64,000 bases of DNA, taken from positions 25,592,729-25,656,728 of the forward strand of contig NC_068998.1 in NCBI RefSeq assembly GCF_001194135.2. The letters run 5' to 3'. The notes beneath the pieces are model-generated. The model worked only from the letters and a program-made list of their open reading frames with translations. It was not told where the DNA came from and made no database searches. Every line of letters begins with the position of its first letter. Within the stretch, counting starts at the first letter, position 1. The position numbers and the translations under genes were made by a program. The DNA comes from Octopus bimaculoides (Eukaryota). Below are positions 63,600-64,000 of the stretch, in pieces.

Positions 63600-64000
63600 C
63601 GGTTTTTAATCTTTAAATTCAGGTGCACATATCTCGGCCGTAATGGTTTCGCCTGGATCAAAAAAACTGTGATGGATGAGACCGCCCGCAGACCACCGAA
63701 CCGTCAGTAGGACCTTGTTTAGGTGCCACTTCGGCTTCGGGAAGTGCCGTGGAGATTCGTCAGCGTCCAACCACTGAGCTGAGCCTCACCAGATGTCGTA
63801 AAGTATCCACTTTTCATCGCAAGTCACAATCCGGTCGAGAAACAGGTCGCTCTTTTTGCGTAAAAGAAGGGAAGACGACACCCAAAATGTTTTTTTTTTA
63901 TTTTTATTTTTTGGTTGTCGTTCAATTCATGCAGCACCCATTTCTGAAGTATTTTTTGATTTTCCAAATTTTTTCAAGTGGTTGGAAATTGTTGTATACG
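63600..64000 (-). mobile_element. Mariner (Hsmar/cecropia-like) transposase fragment, continues beyond the window
   Basis: Minus-strand LFLDRIVTCDEKWILYD, WLDADESPRHFPKPK, and LIHHSFFDPGETITAE. Confidence 0.9.

Overview
This is AT-rich, repeat-saturated eukaryotic genomic DNA from a gapped scaffold (about 19 N-runs, most flanked by microsatellites). From recalled knowledge, the repeat families and microsatellite spectrum look like an octopus/cephalopod genome; no database search was run. There is no prokaryotic gene structure, CRISPR array, rRNA or bona fide tRNA gene, and nearly all ORFs in the supplied track are microsatellite, gap or transposon artefacts. The window is dominated by decayed mobile elements: three tRNA-derived SINE families, RTE, CR1/L2-like, R4/Dong-like and Penelope-like retroelements, and Tc1, mariner, DD37D/maT-like and Tigger/pogo DNA transposons plus MITEs. 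A few small plus-strand candidate exons suggest a long-intron host gene that I cannot name. Best leads: (1) two ~1.7 kb gag/ORF1-only retroelements, each with a 6-bp TSD, inserted 82 bp apart in the 5' UTR of one Tc1 copy and sharing their 3' tail with a SINE; (2) three hammerhead-ribozyme-like motifs, two with the same non-canonical CUGUUGA core; (3) an RTE LINE ending in three C2H2 zinc fingers.
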